Of a DNA stretch of 32,000 nt, positions 18,394 to 27,359 are shown piece by piece; the first letter of the stretch is position 1, and each line of letters starts with the position of its first letter. The notes beneath the pieces are model-generated. The model was given only the letters and a program-made list of their open reading frames with translations, did no database searches and was not told the DNA's origin. A program made the translations under genes and the position numbers. Source of the stretch: Desulfobulbus propionicus DSM 2032 (lineage in GTDB: Bacteria; Desulfobacterota; Desulfobulbia; Desulfobulbales; Desulfobulbaceae); contig NC_014972.1 of NCBI RefSeq assembly GCF_000186885.1, forward strand, positions 1,770,001 through 1,802,000, in the 5' to 3' direction.

Positions 18394-18437
18394 ATTGAGT
18401 GCGGCCTGTTGAAAGCTTACCCAAAGCTGCGCTCAAT
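18394..18437. terminator. Imperfect 12-bp inverted repeat between GNAT and alpha-2-macroglobulin genes (terminator-like or RNA hairpin)
   Basis: attgagtgcggc / 20-nt loop / gctgcgctcaat; 10 Watson-Crick plus 2 G-U pairs; no U-tract. Confidence 0.3.
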
Positions 18438-18452
18438 GCAATCCCGGCGATG

Positions 18453-18947
18453 TCACCGTTGTCGTTTTTTGACCGTGGTGAACTCCGGCTCGTAGCCCAC
18501 GGTATATCGGTCCGCGGAGGTGTTGCCCAGGACAAGGAATTGGCCGGTGTCCCGGGTCAAGGGGCAGAGTGGCTCCGTGCAGGGGACGAAACCGAACGCG
18601 CGGAAAAACCGGGGGCAGCCAAGGGCAAAGATCGGTTGTCCCTTGATCCGTTCCTGGCGCAGGGCGAAGCGGAGCAGCTCCGAGCCGATGCCCTGGCCCT
18701 GCACTCGCGGCTGTACCGCCAGCGGTCCCAGATGCAGGCCGATCGCCTGTTGGCCGCGGTAGGCGCGGGTGAAGCCGATATAGGCGATGACCGCGTCGCG
18801 GTGCAGACAGACCCATTCAACCATCTGCCGCCCGTTGGCATGGAGGGCGTCAAACAGCCGCACCTCGTAGGTGCTGGGGGCAAAGGCATGGTGGAGCAGG
18901 GCGGCGGCCTTGGCCTGGGTGTCCGGAGCAAGGGGACGGATTTTCAT
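18453..18947 (-). CDS. GNAT family N-acetyltransferase
   Basis: MKIRPLAPDTQAKAAALLHHAF...LGPLAVQPRVQGQGIGSELLRFAL (acetyl-CoA binding Q/RxxGxG/A = QGQGIG). Confidence 0.88.
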   Translation of the reverse strand: MKIRPLAPDTQAKAAALLHHAFAPSTYEVRLFDALHANGRQMVEWVCLHRDAVIAYIGFTRAYRGQQAIGLHLGPLAVQPRVQGQGIGSELLRFALRQERIKGQPIFALGCPRFFRAFGFVPCTEPLCPLTRDTGQFLVLGNTSADRYTVGYEPEFTTVKKRQR

Positions 18948-18992
18948 GGCAACCACCTTCAGCGGCAAAAGAGTGTACAGTCCCGGCGCCGG

Positions 18993-20477
18993 TTACCGGC
19001 GGCCGAGGATGCTGCCGAGGATGCCGCGCACGATCTGTCGGCCGACCTGACTGCCAATGGTTCGTACCGCCTGCTTGGCCAGGGTCTCGACCATGCCCTG
19101 GCGGCGCTTGCTGCCCCAGAGCAGTTCGTCGAGCACACCGCCTCCGGTTGCCGCCGGCTTTCCCGTTTCCGGCTGTCCTGCCGCCGTGTCGGCCGGTGTT
19201 CGTTCCAGGGTGCGCCGGTTGAGGATCTCGTAGGCTGACTCGCGATTGACCGGCGTGTCGTACTTGGCACCGAGTGGACTGCGGCCGCGCACCGTGGTCC
19301 GCTCTTCCGGGGTAATGGCGCCCATTCGGCAGCGCGGCGGGCAGATCAGGGCGCGTTCCACCGGCAGGGGCACGCCTTTTTCCTGGAGGGTGGACACCAA
19401 TGCCTCGCCCACCTCCATCTGGGCAATGGCCTGAGCCACGTCGAGTTCCGGATTAGCGGCAAAGGTTTCGGCGGCGGTTTTCACCGCCTTCTGATCGCGC
19501 GGGGTGTAGGCCCGCAACGCGTGCTGGATGCGGTTGCCCATTTGGCCAAGGATCTCGGCGGGCAGGTCGTCGGGAAATTGGGAACAGAAATAGACGCCCA
19601 CTCCCTTGGAGCGGATCAGCCGGACCACCTGTTCCACCCGCTGGCGCAGTACCGGCGGCGCGTCGGCAAACAACAGGTGGGCCTCGTCGAAGAAAAAGAC
19701 CAGCCGGGGCCGGTCGAGATCGCCCACCTCGGGCAGCTGTTCGAACAGCTCCGACAACAGCCAGAGGAGAACGCTTGCATAGAGGCGCGGTTTGAGGATC
19801 AACTGATCGGCCGAGAGGATGCTGATCACGCCCCGGCCGCCGAGGTCGGTGCGCAGCAGGTCGTTCAGGTCCAGGGCCGGCTCGCCGAAAAAGGCCGCGC
19901 CGCCTTCCCGTTCCAGCGACAGCAGGGCGCGCTGGATGGCGGCCACCGACTGGGTGCTCACCAGACCGTAGCGGGTTGAGATCTGCTGGCGGTTGTTGGC
20001 GGTGAAGGCCAGCAGGGCGCGCAGGTCGTCGAGGTCGAGCAGCAGCAAGCCCTGGTCGTCGGCCAGCCTGAACACGATCTCCAGCACCCCGGCCTGGGTG
20101 TCGCTCAACTCCAGGATGCGGGCCAGCAGGCTCGGACCGATTTCGCTGACCGTGGCGCGGACCGGATGGCCGGCAGCGCCGAACAGATCCCAGAACACCA
20201 CCGGACTGGCTTCGTTGGCATAGCCCTCGACCCCGATCCGGGCGGCGCGTTCCCGCAGTTTCTCGCTGGCCGTGCCCGGCATCGCCAAGCCGGCGACATC
20301 GCCCTTGACGTCGGCCATGAATACCGGCACGCCCATGCGGGAGAACCCCTCGGCCAAGACCAGCAGGGAGATGGTCTTGCCGGTGCCGGTGGCGCCGGCG
20401 ATCAGGCCGTGGCGGTTGCCGTAGCGGGCCAGCAGGTGGACGGGCCGGTTGCCCGCGCCGATCAATATTCGGTCCAT
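18993..20477 (-). CDS. HerA/YjgR-like ATPase (DUF853 family)
   Basis: 494 aa; HGLIAGATGTGKTISLLVLAEGFSRMGVPVFMADVKGDVAGLA (Walker A), RLVFFFDEAHLLF (Walker B), C-terminal GGVLDELLWGSKRRQGMVETLAKQAVRTIGSQVGRQIVRGILGSILG. Confidence 0.93.
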   Translation of the reverse strand: MDRILIGAGNRPVHLLARYGNRHGLIAGATGTGKTISLLVLAEGFSRMGVPVFMADVKGDVAGLAMPGTASEKLRERAARIGVEGYANEASPVVFWDLFGAAGHPVRATVSEIGPSLLARILELSDTQAGVLEIVFRLADDQGLLLLDLDDLRALLAFTANNRQQISTRYGLVSTQSVAAIQRALLSLEREGGAAFFGEPALDLNDLLRTDLGGRGVISILSADQLILKPRLYASVLLWLLSELFEQLPEVGDLDRPRLVFFFDEAHLLFADAPPVLRQRVEQVVRLIRSKGVGVYFCSQFPDDLPAEILGQMGNRIQHALRAYTPRDQKAVKTAAETFAANPELDVAQAIAQMEVGEALVSTLQEKGVPLPVERALICPPRCRMGAITPEERTTVRGRSPLGAKYDTPVNRESAYEILNRRTLERTPADTAAGQPETGKPAATGGGVLDELLWGSKRRQGMVETLAKQAVRTIGSQVGRQIVRGILGSILGRR

Positions 20478-20523
20478 GATTTGCTCCTTTGGCTGGGGAC
20501 GAACCGAGCGTCCAACGGTTGTC

Positions 20524-20925
20524 TCAGGGCCGTGGTTTTGGGGGGAAAACCCACCAGGCCAGGGTCACGGCCAGGCCGAACAGGGAATAGGCCAGGATGA
20601 AGACCCAGTCCGGCCCCTGGTAATAAAGCAGACGCTGCAGCCAGTGGGCGAGCCAACCGCCGCCGTAAACATCCTCGCCCGCCCGAGACCGCAGCCACCT
20701 CTCCAAGGTGGTCAGCGGGCAGGCGGCGCCGAACCAGGCCTGGGCGGCGATGACCGTGATCGCCGCCAGGTGCGACAGCCGGAACCACAGGCCATTGACC
20801 CAGCGCCAGCCAAGCAGGTTGCCGCCAACGATCAGCGCCAGGCCGCCGACCACGAAAGCGGCGACCGCGACATGCAGCGCCAGCACCATGTCGGCCAGCA
20901 ACGGATAGGGCAGAAAAACGGGCAT
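20524..20925 (-). CDS. DUF2784-like small membrane protein
   Basis: 133 aa, about 4 TM helices; LADMVLALHVAVAAFVVGGLALIVGGNLLGWRWVNGLWFRLSHL...ACPLTTLERWLR. Confidence 0.8.
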   Translation of the reverse strand: MPVFLPYPLLADMVLALHVAVAAFVVGGLALIVGGNLLGWRWVNGLWFRLSHLAAITVIAAQAWFGAACPLTTLERWLRSRAGEDVYGGGWLAHWLQRLLYYQGPDWVFILAYSLFGLAVTLAWWVFPPKPRP

Positions 20926-20957
20926 GGCGAAAACCCCGGGCCGGCGTCGCGGGCCGC

Positions 20958-21377
20958 TTACTTCACCGGAAAATAGGCTTCCAGCCCGGGGTCGCTGGTG
21001 GCCTTTCCCGGCACATACACCTGGCAGGTGAGGCGGGGATAGTTATCCAGGTCGCTTGTCACCAGGCAGGTTTGTTCACACGCCGTTCCCCGGTCGGTAT
21101 AGCGGATGCGCACCACCGGTATCCGGTCCGCGGTGGCCTGTTCCACGTGGACGGTGCCAACGATTGTCCTGCCGTCGATGATGCGGTGGATGTTCAGGCC
21201 GGCGGGGGACCGGGCAATGACGGCGCTGCCGCCATGGGTGGCCGCGCTGTCGAGGTTTTTGCCGACCAGCTGGTAGCTGCCGACGATGAACCCGGCGAGA
21301 TCCTGATCCCGTCCCGCGGCCGAACCCGCCACTACCCAACCCAGAAGCAGTCCCAAGGCCGCCAGCCTGTTTCCCAT
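20958..21377 (-). CDS. Small secreted protein of unknown function
   Basis: ~139 aa from MGNRLAALGLLLGWVVAGSAAG (signal peptide); mature part GSYQLVGKN...IDGRTIVGTVHVEQ...CEQTCLVTSDLDNYPRLTCQVYVPGK. In-frame, between DUF2784 and CBS genes. Confidence 0.75.
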   Translation of the reverse strand: MGNRLAALGLLLGWVVAGSAAGRDQDLAGFIVGSYQLVGKNLDSAATHGGSAVIARSPAGLNIHRIIDGRTIVGTVHVEQATADRIPVVRIRYTDRGTACEQTCLVTSDLDNYPRLTCQVYVPGKATSDPGLEAYFPVK

Positions 21378-21439
21378 AGGTTTCCTCCGCGCGGTGGCCC
21401 TCCGAGCCCGCCCGAGGGCGCACCCGAGCTCCATCGCCC

Positions 21440-22099
21440 CTATTCCTTGGTTTCCCGTTCCTCGGTATGAAAACGGTTGATCTGCAATCCCGCGTCCCAC
21501 AGGCTGTCGATCAGCCTCTCCACGTTCTCGCCCTGGACCTTGAGGGTGACCAGTTGATGTTCCTCGGAAAAATCGGGAAAAACGGTGATGCCGAGGATGG
21601 TCATGTTGCATTTCTTGAACACCTGCATCATGGCGTAGAAGGCGGCGGGTTTGCGGTCGATCTTGAGTTCGATCCGCGCCCCCTGCTTCTTGGCGCCCAG
21701 CACCTCGAGGAAGGCGTCGAAGATGTTGGTTTCGGTGATGATCCCCACCAGGTGGTCGTCCTGCATTACCAGCAGCGAACCGAACTTGTGGGTGCGCATC
21801 AGCAGGGCCGCCTCCTCCAGCGGGGTGGAGGGGTCGACGGTGACCGGAGAGCGGGTCATGATCGATCCGGCCTCGATCCGGCTGGCCTGGTCCAGGTTTT
21901 CCGGGCTGACGCTCGGGTCGAAGATCGAGGGCATGGCCCGGTACAGGTCCTCGCGGCTGATGATGCCGACCAGTTTGCCGTCATCGACCACCGGCACCCG
22001 GCGGATGCGGTTGGCCCGCATCAGCTGCTCGACCTCGATGATCGGCTGCTTGCTGCTGACGGTGAGAAGGTTGCTGGTCATCCACAGTTTGACGAACAT
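21440..22099 (-). CDS. CBS-pair protein with ACT-like C-terminal domain (AcuB-like)
   Basis: ~219 aa; MTSNLLTVSSKQPIIEVEQLMRANRIRRVPVVDDGKLVGIISREDL and IMTRSPVTVDPSTPLEEAALLMRTHKFGSLLVMQDDHLVGIITETNIFDAFLEVLG CBS repeats; C-terminal MTILGITVFPDFSEEHQLVTLKVQ. Confidence 0.88.
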   Translation of the reverse strand: MFVKLWMTSNLLTVSSKQPIIEVEQLMRANRIRRVPVVDDGKLVGIISREDLYRAMPSIFDPSVSPENLDQASRIEAGSIMTRSPVTVDPSTPLEEAALLMRTHKFGSLLVMQDDHLVGIITETNIFDAFLEVLGAKKQGARIELKIDRKPAAFYAMMQVFKKCNMTILGITVFPDFSEEHQLVTLKVQGENVERLIDSLWDAGLQINRFHTEERETKE

Positions 22100-22113
22100 A
22101 GAGCACTCCGCAA

Positions 22114-24075
22114 TTATTTTTTGTTGGCAAGGAAGAGAATATCGCGCTTGTCGGCTCCGGCCGGGATCTGGTCGCGCAGACGAAAGCAGACGTTGCTCAG
22201 GGTCGCGCCCAGCACGGTGCGGCTGTTGCCGATGCGGATCTCGGTACCGGCGAACACCTTGCCGCGTACCACGATGGTGCATGCCAAGGCGTGGGATAGT
22301 CCCTGATCCTCGGGCTCCCGGTCCTTGGGGACAATCAGGTTGAGGCTGGCGAACTGCTGGCGGCTCTCTTCATGCTCGGCCAGCAGTTCCTCGAGTTCCT
22401 CGCTGTCGGCTTCCGGGCCGACCAGCTGTTGCAGGGCGGCGATGGCCTCGGTCTGGGCGGCCAGGGTGCGCCGCAACTCGAAGAAACGCTGCAGCTGCTC
22501 CGGCGAGACCGCGGCGGCCAGCAGGGAGGGATCGGCATTGTCCGACCCCACGGTGCCCACGGTTATCGAGCCGGCGGCCACCAGCTGCGAGGCGATGAAC
22601 CGCGCGGCCGGTTCGCTGTGCAGGTTGGCGCCGGCGTGCATGCGGCAGTAGTAGCCGCTGCGGCGCACTAGGATCGAGCCGCCGGCAAAGATCCGTCCGT
22701 TTTCCAGGAACTGGATGTCCACGTCGCCCCGGCTGCGGATCACCGCGTGATCGCCCACCATCCCGGCCTTGACCACCACGTTGCTGTCCGAACGGATCTG
22801 CGCCTTTTCGATGTTGCCTCGGATGAGGATGTCGCCCAGGGCGTTGACCCGGAACTTCGGCCGCACCGACCCCCTGATTTCCAGGGCATCGCGGGAGACG
22901 ATGTTGCCGGTGGTGAAATCGACGTCGCGGGAGATGATCTGGCGCGAACAGACCTTGACCGAACCTTCGGAAACCATGGAGAGCACCCCCGCGCGGCTGG
23001 CCCGGATCTCGCCGCTTTCCGGGTCGAAGGAGGCGTCATCGGTGACCTTGAGGGCCAGATCCTTGCCCGGCGTCTGGGCGACCGGAGCACCGAAGATGTC
23101 GCGTCCCGGAGAACCGGGGGAGGGGGGCACGCGGACGGCGATCAGCTGATCCTTGTTGACGCCGATGAACATGTTGCGCTCGCGGTAGTCGATCTCGCCG
23201 TTGCCCATGACCTTGCCCGGCAGCGGGCCGACCTCGATGGCGAACCGCAGCCAGGCGTCGCTGCCCTTGACCGGCAGCAGCCCCAGGGCGATGACCGTGG
23301 TTTGCGGCCGCTGCTGGCCGCGGCACAATTCCAGGCACTGGCTGATGGCCTGGGGCAGGCGGCCATAGACGATCCCTTCCTCGTCGAGGACGCGGAGGAC
23401 TGTGGCCTGGTCGGGCAGATCGTGGCCCGGTGGAGCGGGCCTGAGGCGGAGCAGCGCCTGCATTCGGTCCGGAGTGGCCTGGATCAGGCGGTCAACGCCG
23501 AGCTTCACCTGTTCGGCTGCGCCCTTGCGGGCGGCGGCGAAGGACGGATACCCCCAGACCGTGGCCGTCAGCTGCTGGCCGTCGGCGCTCAAGACGGTGT
23601 TGTTGCCGGCAACGATGGTCTGCTCGCCCGGAACCGGGCAGGGAATTTTCTCGCCAAAGATGTTCTTGCCGGGGACGGCCGGGGATGACGGCCCGGCATC
23701 CGCCACCGCTTCCCCCGGTCCAACTAGGGGGACAAGGAGCAGCTGCACCCGGATCGTCTGCCCCTCCTCGCCGGCTTGTTCGACGGTCAATGGGACGGGC
23801 CGAAAGCATGGCTGCAACCCTCGGTAGCCTGGGGTCGGCGGCGTGCCCTGGGCAACGAGCAGCGGTTCGGTCAAGGGTTCATCCCGGTCGATGCAGGTCG
23901 CGGCGCGGGCCAGGGCCTGGTGGTCCAACCCATGGACAATGCCCCGGTCGTCGAGCAGTTGAGACAGGGCCGCACCGCTGTCGAGCGTCACCGCCTCTTC
24001 CGTTGATGCCGTTGGCAGAAGGGTGGCCCGGAGTTTATCGGTGCTGATGTGGAGAAAGATGGGCGAGCGGTTCAC
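22114..24075 (-). CDS. FapA / DUF342 family polymerizing-type protein
   Basis: 653 aa; RNMFIGVNKDQLIAVRVPPSPGSPGRDIFGAPV...DDASFDPESGEIRASRAGVLSMV..., followed by beta-helical repeat GDILIRGNIEKAQIRSDSNVVVKAGMVGDHAVIRSRGDVDIQFLENGRIFAGGSILVRRS; GTG start. Confidence 0.9.
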   Translation of the reverse strand: MNRSPIFLHISTDKLRATLLPTASTEEAVTLDSGAALSQLLDDRGIVHGLDHQALARAATCIDRDEPLTEPLLVAQGTPPTPGYRGLQPCFRPVPLTVEQAGEEGQTIRVQLLLVPLVGPGEAVADAGPSSPAVPGKNIFGEKIPCPVPGEQTIVAGNNTVLSADGQQLTATVWGYPSFAAARKGAAEQVKLGVDRLIQATPDRMQALLRLRPAPPGHDLPDQATVLRVLDEEGIVYGRLPQAISQCLELCRGQQRPQTTVIALGLLPVKGSDAWLRFAIEVGPLPGKVMGNGEIDYRERNMFIGVNKDQLIAVRVPPSPGSPGRDIFGAPVAQTPGKDLALKVTDDASFDPESGEIRASRAGVLSMVSEGSVKVCSRQIISRDVDFTTGNIVSRDALEIRGSVRPKFRVNALGDILIRGNIEKAQIRSDSNVVVKAGMVGDHAVIRSRGDVDIQFLENGRIFAGGSILVRRSGYYCRMHAGANLHSEPAARFIASQLVAAGSITVGTVGSDNADPSLLAAAVSPEQLQRFFELRRTLAAQTEAIAALQQLVGPEADSEELEELLAEHEESRQQFASLNLIVPKDREPEDQGLSHALACTIVVRGKVFAGTEIRIGNSRTVLGATLSNVCFRLRDQIPAGADKRDILFLANKK

Positions 24076-24214
24076 CGGCGGTTATTTGGTTAAAAAAAGG
24101 AAAATAATCAAGTGAATACCATAAAGAGGGGCGGATCACAAGGCAAGAAGGGCGCGTTTGCCGGCCAAGAGGTGTTTCAAGGGTGGGATGAGGAACACGA
24201 CGGAGCAGGGGGAG

Positions 24215-24243
24215 GCTGGGGCGGCGGATGGGTCCGCCCCAGC
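24215..24243 (-). terminator. Perfect 10-bp GC-rich hairpin just downstream of the uraA stop codon
   Basis: gctggggcgg / cggatgggt / ccgccccagc; no U-tract. Confidence 0.45.
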
Positions 24244-24255
24244 GGGTCGATGGGA

Positions 24256-25545
24256 TCAGAGGCCGCTCTGTTCGCTGACCAGGCGGAATTTTTTCAGAAG
24301 GTGGAAGACAAGCGACAAGGCCATGCCCACCACCGTGGCCAGGGCCATGCCCTTGAGCTGGACATCGCCGAGTTTGACCGCCACGCCGCTGATGCCGACG
24401 ATGAGGACGATGGCGGTCAGCGACAGGTTGGCCGGCCTGGAGTAATCGACCTTGGCCTCGACCAGCATCCGCACGCCCGAGGCAGCGATGACTCCGAAGA
24501 GCAGCATGCAGACCCCGCCCATGACCGGGGTGGGGATCGACTGGATCAGGGCCGAGAGTTTGCCGACAAAGGCGAGTGCGATGGAAATCACCGCCGCGCC
24601 GCCGATCACCCACACCGAGTAGACCCGGGTGATGGCCATGACCCCGATGTTCTCGCCGTAGGTGGTGGTCGGTACCGAGCCGCAGCAGCCGGAAAGCACG
24701 GTGGAGATGCCGTCGCCCATCAGCGAGCGGTGCAGGCCGGGATCCTTGGTCAGATCGCGGCCGACGATGTTGCCGGTGACCACCAGATGGCCGATGTGTT
24801 CGGAGATGACCACCAGCGAGGCGGGCAGGACAATGAGGATGGCGCTCCAGTCAAACCGGGGCGCGTAGAAGGTGGGCAGGGCCAAAAGCGGTGCCCGGGC
24901 CACGCCGCCGAACTCGACCAGGCCCAGGGGAATGGCGAGCAGATAGCCGGCCACGATGCCGGTGAGCACCGGGATGATGGCCATGAAGCCGCGAAACAAC
25001 ACCGAGCCGAAGGTGACCACCAGCAGGGTGACAATCGCCACCACGATGGTCTTGCCGTTGTAGGCACCGCTCACCGGATCGGGCATGATGCCGGCCATGT
25101 TGGTGGCCACGCCGGCCAATTCCAGGCCGATGAGGGCGACGATTGGTCCCATGGTCGCCGGCGGCAGCACGGTTTTGATCCAGTCCGAGCCGAACCGCCA
25201 GATGATCAGGGCCACGGTGATGAACACCAGGCCCGAGGCGATGAAGCCGCCCAGGGCGGCACCGTAGTTGCCGCTCCACTGGGCCTGGTTGGTGCCGAGC
25301 ACCACCAGCACCGGCGAGATGAAGGCGAAGCTGGAGCCGAGAAAGGCCGGGGCCTTCCCCTTGCACAGCAGCAGATAGATCAGGGTGCCGATGCCGTTCA
25401 TCAGCAGAACGACGGCCGGATCGATCTTGAACAGGGTGGGCACCAGCACCGAGGCGCCGAACATGGCGAACAGGTGTTGGACGCTGAGCGGAATGCCGGA
25501 GAGCAGCGGGACCTTTTCCTCGACTTGAATGGTTGTTCTGGACAT
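24256..25545 (-). CDS. uraA: Uracil-xanthine/uracil permease (NCS2 family)
   Basis: ~429 aa from MSRTTIQVEEKVPLLSGIPLSVQHLFAMFGASVLVPTLF; FGLELAG-like IGLELAGVATNMAG; EHIGHLVVTGNIVGRDL; SCCGSVPTTTYGENIGVMAITRVYS-like. GGAAGGA ribosome-binding site upstream. Confidence 0.94.
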   Translation of the reverse strand: MSRTTIQVEEKVPLLSGIPLSVQHLFAMFGASVLVPTLFKIDPAVVLLMNGIGTLIYLLLCKGKAPAFLGSSFAFISPVLVVLGTNQAQWSGNYGAALGGFIASGLVFITVALIIWRFGSDWIKTVLPPATMGPIVALIGLELAGVATNMAGIMPDPVSGAYNGKTIVVAIVTLLVVTFGSVLFRGFMAIIPVLTGIVAGYLLAIPLGLVEFGGVARAPLLALPTFYAPRFDWSAILIVLPASLVVISEHIGHLVVTGNIVGRDLTKDPGLHRSLMGDGISTVLSGCCGSVPTTTYGENIGVMAITRVYSVWVIGGAAVISIALAFVGKLSALIQSIPTPVMGGVCMLLFGVIAASGVRMLVEAKVDYSRPANLSLTAIVLIVGISGVAVKLGDVQLKGMALATVVGMALSLVFHLLKKFRLVSEQSGL

Positions 25546-25712
25546 GGATTCCTTCCAAAAATCTGGGGTTGGGCAGTGGACGGCCTGGCTGCACGGGTGC
25601 TCCCCGCAAAGCCGCCGGCGAACATACGGGAAAATCGACGGGCTGTCATCCCTGAAACGATGACAGAACCACCTTGTCGGATGCGGTGGGAAGAAAAACA
25701 GCCAGGTTCCGG

Positions 25713-26024
25713 CTATGCCTTGCGCTGGTGCAGCGCCTCCATGTATTCGTCCCACTCCACCGGCAGGGAGGATTTTTTCTTGCTGTTGCACTCCTTGCAG
25801 CAGGGTACGAGGTTGTCCTTGGTGCTGCGGCCGCCGCGGGCCAGGGGAATGATGTGATCCATGGTCAGGTTGTGAAAGCCCACCTTGTGGCCGCAGTACC
25901 AGCAGGTGCCGCTGGCGGTCTTCTGCTGCCACCAGCGGGTCTTGCGCAGGGCCCTGGCCTTGTTGCGCTCGGCGCGGATCAGGGCTTCGTCGATACTGTC
26001 GAGGCTGAAATATTCATTGTTCAT
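25713..26024 (-). CDS. Small HNH endonuclease
   Basis: 103 aa; CWYCGHKVGFHNLTMDHIIPLARGGRSTKDNLVPCCKECNSKK: CxxC...DHIIP...N...CxxC HNH core; ATGA overlap with the folC stop. Confidence 0.9.
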   Translation of the reverse strand: MNNEYFSLDSIDEALIRAERNKARALRKTRWWQQKTASGTCWYCGHKVGFHNLTMDHIIPLARGGRSTKDNLVPCCKECNSKKKSSLPVEWDEYMEALHQRKA

Positions 26025-27313
26025 GCGGGTGTCTCCCCGACCAGCAGTCGCCGCACCCGCCCCACCAGATAGAGCGACCCTGCCACGCAGAGCAGATCAT
26101 CGGCCTCGGCCAGGACACCTGCAACCGCCAGTGCCTGTTCCACCGGTTCGACGCATTGGGACTTGGCTTGCAGGTCGGGCGGGAGCTGGGTCAGCAGCAG
26201 GGACGGAGCCGCCGACCGCTGCGATTCGGCCCGGGTCAGGAGGATTCGTTCCGCCATGGCCATCAGTTCGAACAGCACCGCTCCCATGTTTTTGTCGGCC
26301 ATGTTGCCCCAGACGAGTACCAGCTGGCGACGGGGGAACCCGTGGCGCAGGGCAACGGTCAGGGCAGCCACTCCGGCCTCGTTGTGGGCGCCGTCAAGAA
26401 GCAGCCGCAGTTTCTTTTCCTGGTGGACGATGTGAAGCAGTTCCATTCGTCCGGGCCAGCGGACCTGCTGCAATCCCTCGCGGAGGGCCTGCTCGGATAT
26501 GGGAAAAATCGGCGCCACCATCTCCATCGCCGCCAGAGCCAGGCTGGTGTTGACCGCTTGATGCGCCCCCGGCAGGGCCAGGGCAAGTCCCGTTCGTGAT
26601 TGGCCGGCGGGCGATTGGTACTCCAAGGTTCCCTCGGCATCGAGCGTGCCGTCAAAATCCCGACCGTAGAGCATGAGCGGGCTGTGCAGGTCGCGGCAGC
26701 GGGCCTCGATCACCGGCAGCGCCTCGGCAGCCCTGCCGGAAAAGACCGTGGGCACGCCCGGTTTGATGATTCCGGCCTTTTCCCCGGCAATGGCGCTCAG
26801 GGTGGAACCGAGGTGCTGCTCGTGGTCGCGGCTGATGTCGGTGAGGATCGCCACCAGCGGCGTGACCACGTTGGTGGCGTCGAGCCGGCCGCCCATGCCG
26901 GTCTCCAGAATCACCGCCTCGACGTGTTGCTCGGCAAACCACAGCAGGGCCAGCAGGGTGGTCAGTTCGAAATAGGTGGGGCCTGGCCGATCGGCGAGCA
27001 GATCGGCCAGGCGGGTGATCAGACGGGCGAAATCCTCTTGTGTGATCCACTGTCGGCCGATCCGGAACCGTTCGCGCACCGAACTGAGATGGGGTGAGGA
27101 ATAAAAGCCGGTCCGGTATCCCCCGGCCGAGAGCAGGGCGAGCAGGGTGGCGCCCACCGACCCCTTGCCGTTGGTGCCGGCGATATGGATGATTCGCAGC
27201 CGTTCCTGCGGGTTGCCCAGTTCGGCCAGCAGGGTGCGGGTGGACGCGAGGCCGAGTTTGATCTTGAACATCTGCTGCCGGTCGAGCCAGGCAACGGCTT
27301 GGGCATAGTTCAT
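26021..27313 (-). CDS. folC: Folylpolyglutamate synthase / dihydrofolate synthase
   Basis: MNYAQAVAWLDRQQMFKIKLGLASTRTLLAELGNPQERLRIIHIAGTNGKGSVGATLLALL...RFRIGRQWITQEDF...VILETGMGGRLDATNVV. Confidence 0.95.
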   Translation of the reverse strand: MNYAQAVAWLDRQQMFKIKLGLASTRTLLAELGNPQERLRIIHIAGTNGKGSVGATLLALLSAGGYRTGFYSSPHLSSVRERFRIGRQWITQEDFARLITRLADLLADRPGPTYFELTTLLALLWFAEQHVEAVILETGMGGRLDATNVVTPLVAILTDISRDHEQHLGSTLSAIAGEKAGIIKPGVPTVFSGRAAEALPVIEARCRDLHSPLMLYGRDFDGTLDAEGTLEYQSPAGQSRTGLALALPGAHQAVNTSLALAAMEMVAPIFPISEQALREGLQQVRWPGRMELLHIVHQEKKLRLLLDGAHNEAGVAALTVALRHGFPRRQLVLVWGNMADKNMGAVLFELMAMAERILLTRAESQRSAAPSLLLTQLPPDLQAKSQCVEPVEQALAVAGVLAEADDLLCVAGSLYLVGRVRRLLVGETPA

Positions 27314-27359
27314 GGTCGCGGGTTCAAGGGGCAAACGAAACGGCAAACATCAGCGGCAT

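Noticed and set aside
20462-20788. 108-aa minus-strand ORF overlapping the DUF2784-like gene
   Set aside because: Out-of-frame, Gly/Arg/Leu-rich translation of the same region; the 20524-20925 frame gives a coherent membrane protein.
25546-25712. Riboswitch or PyrR-type attenuator in the 167-nt leader of uraA
   Set aside because: No PyrR-binding consensus and no antiterminator/terminator pair with a U-tract was seen, only short GC palindromes such as GCACGGGTGC. An Infernal scan would settle this.
24112-25857. 581-aa plus-strand ORF opposite uraA
   Set aside because: Antisense translation, His/Gly/Gln-rich; uraA is unambiguous on the minus strand.
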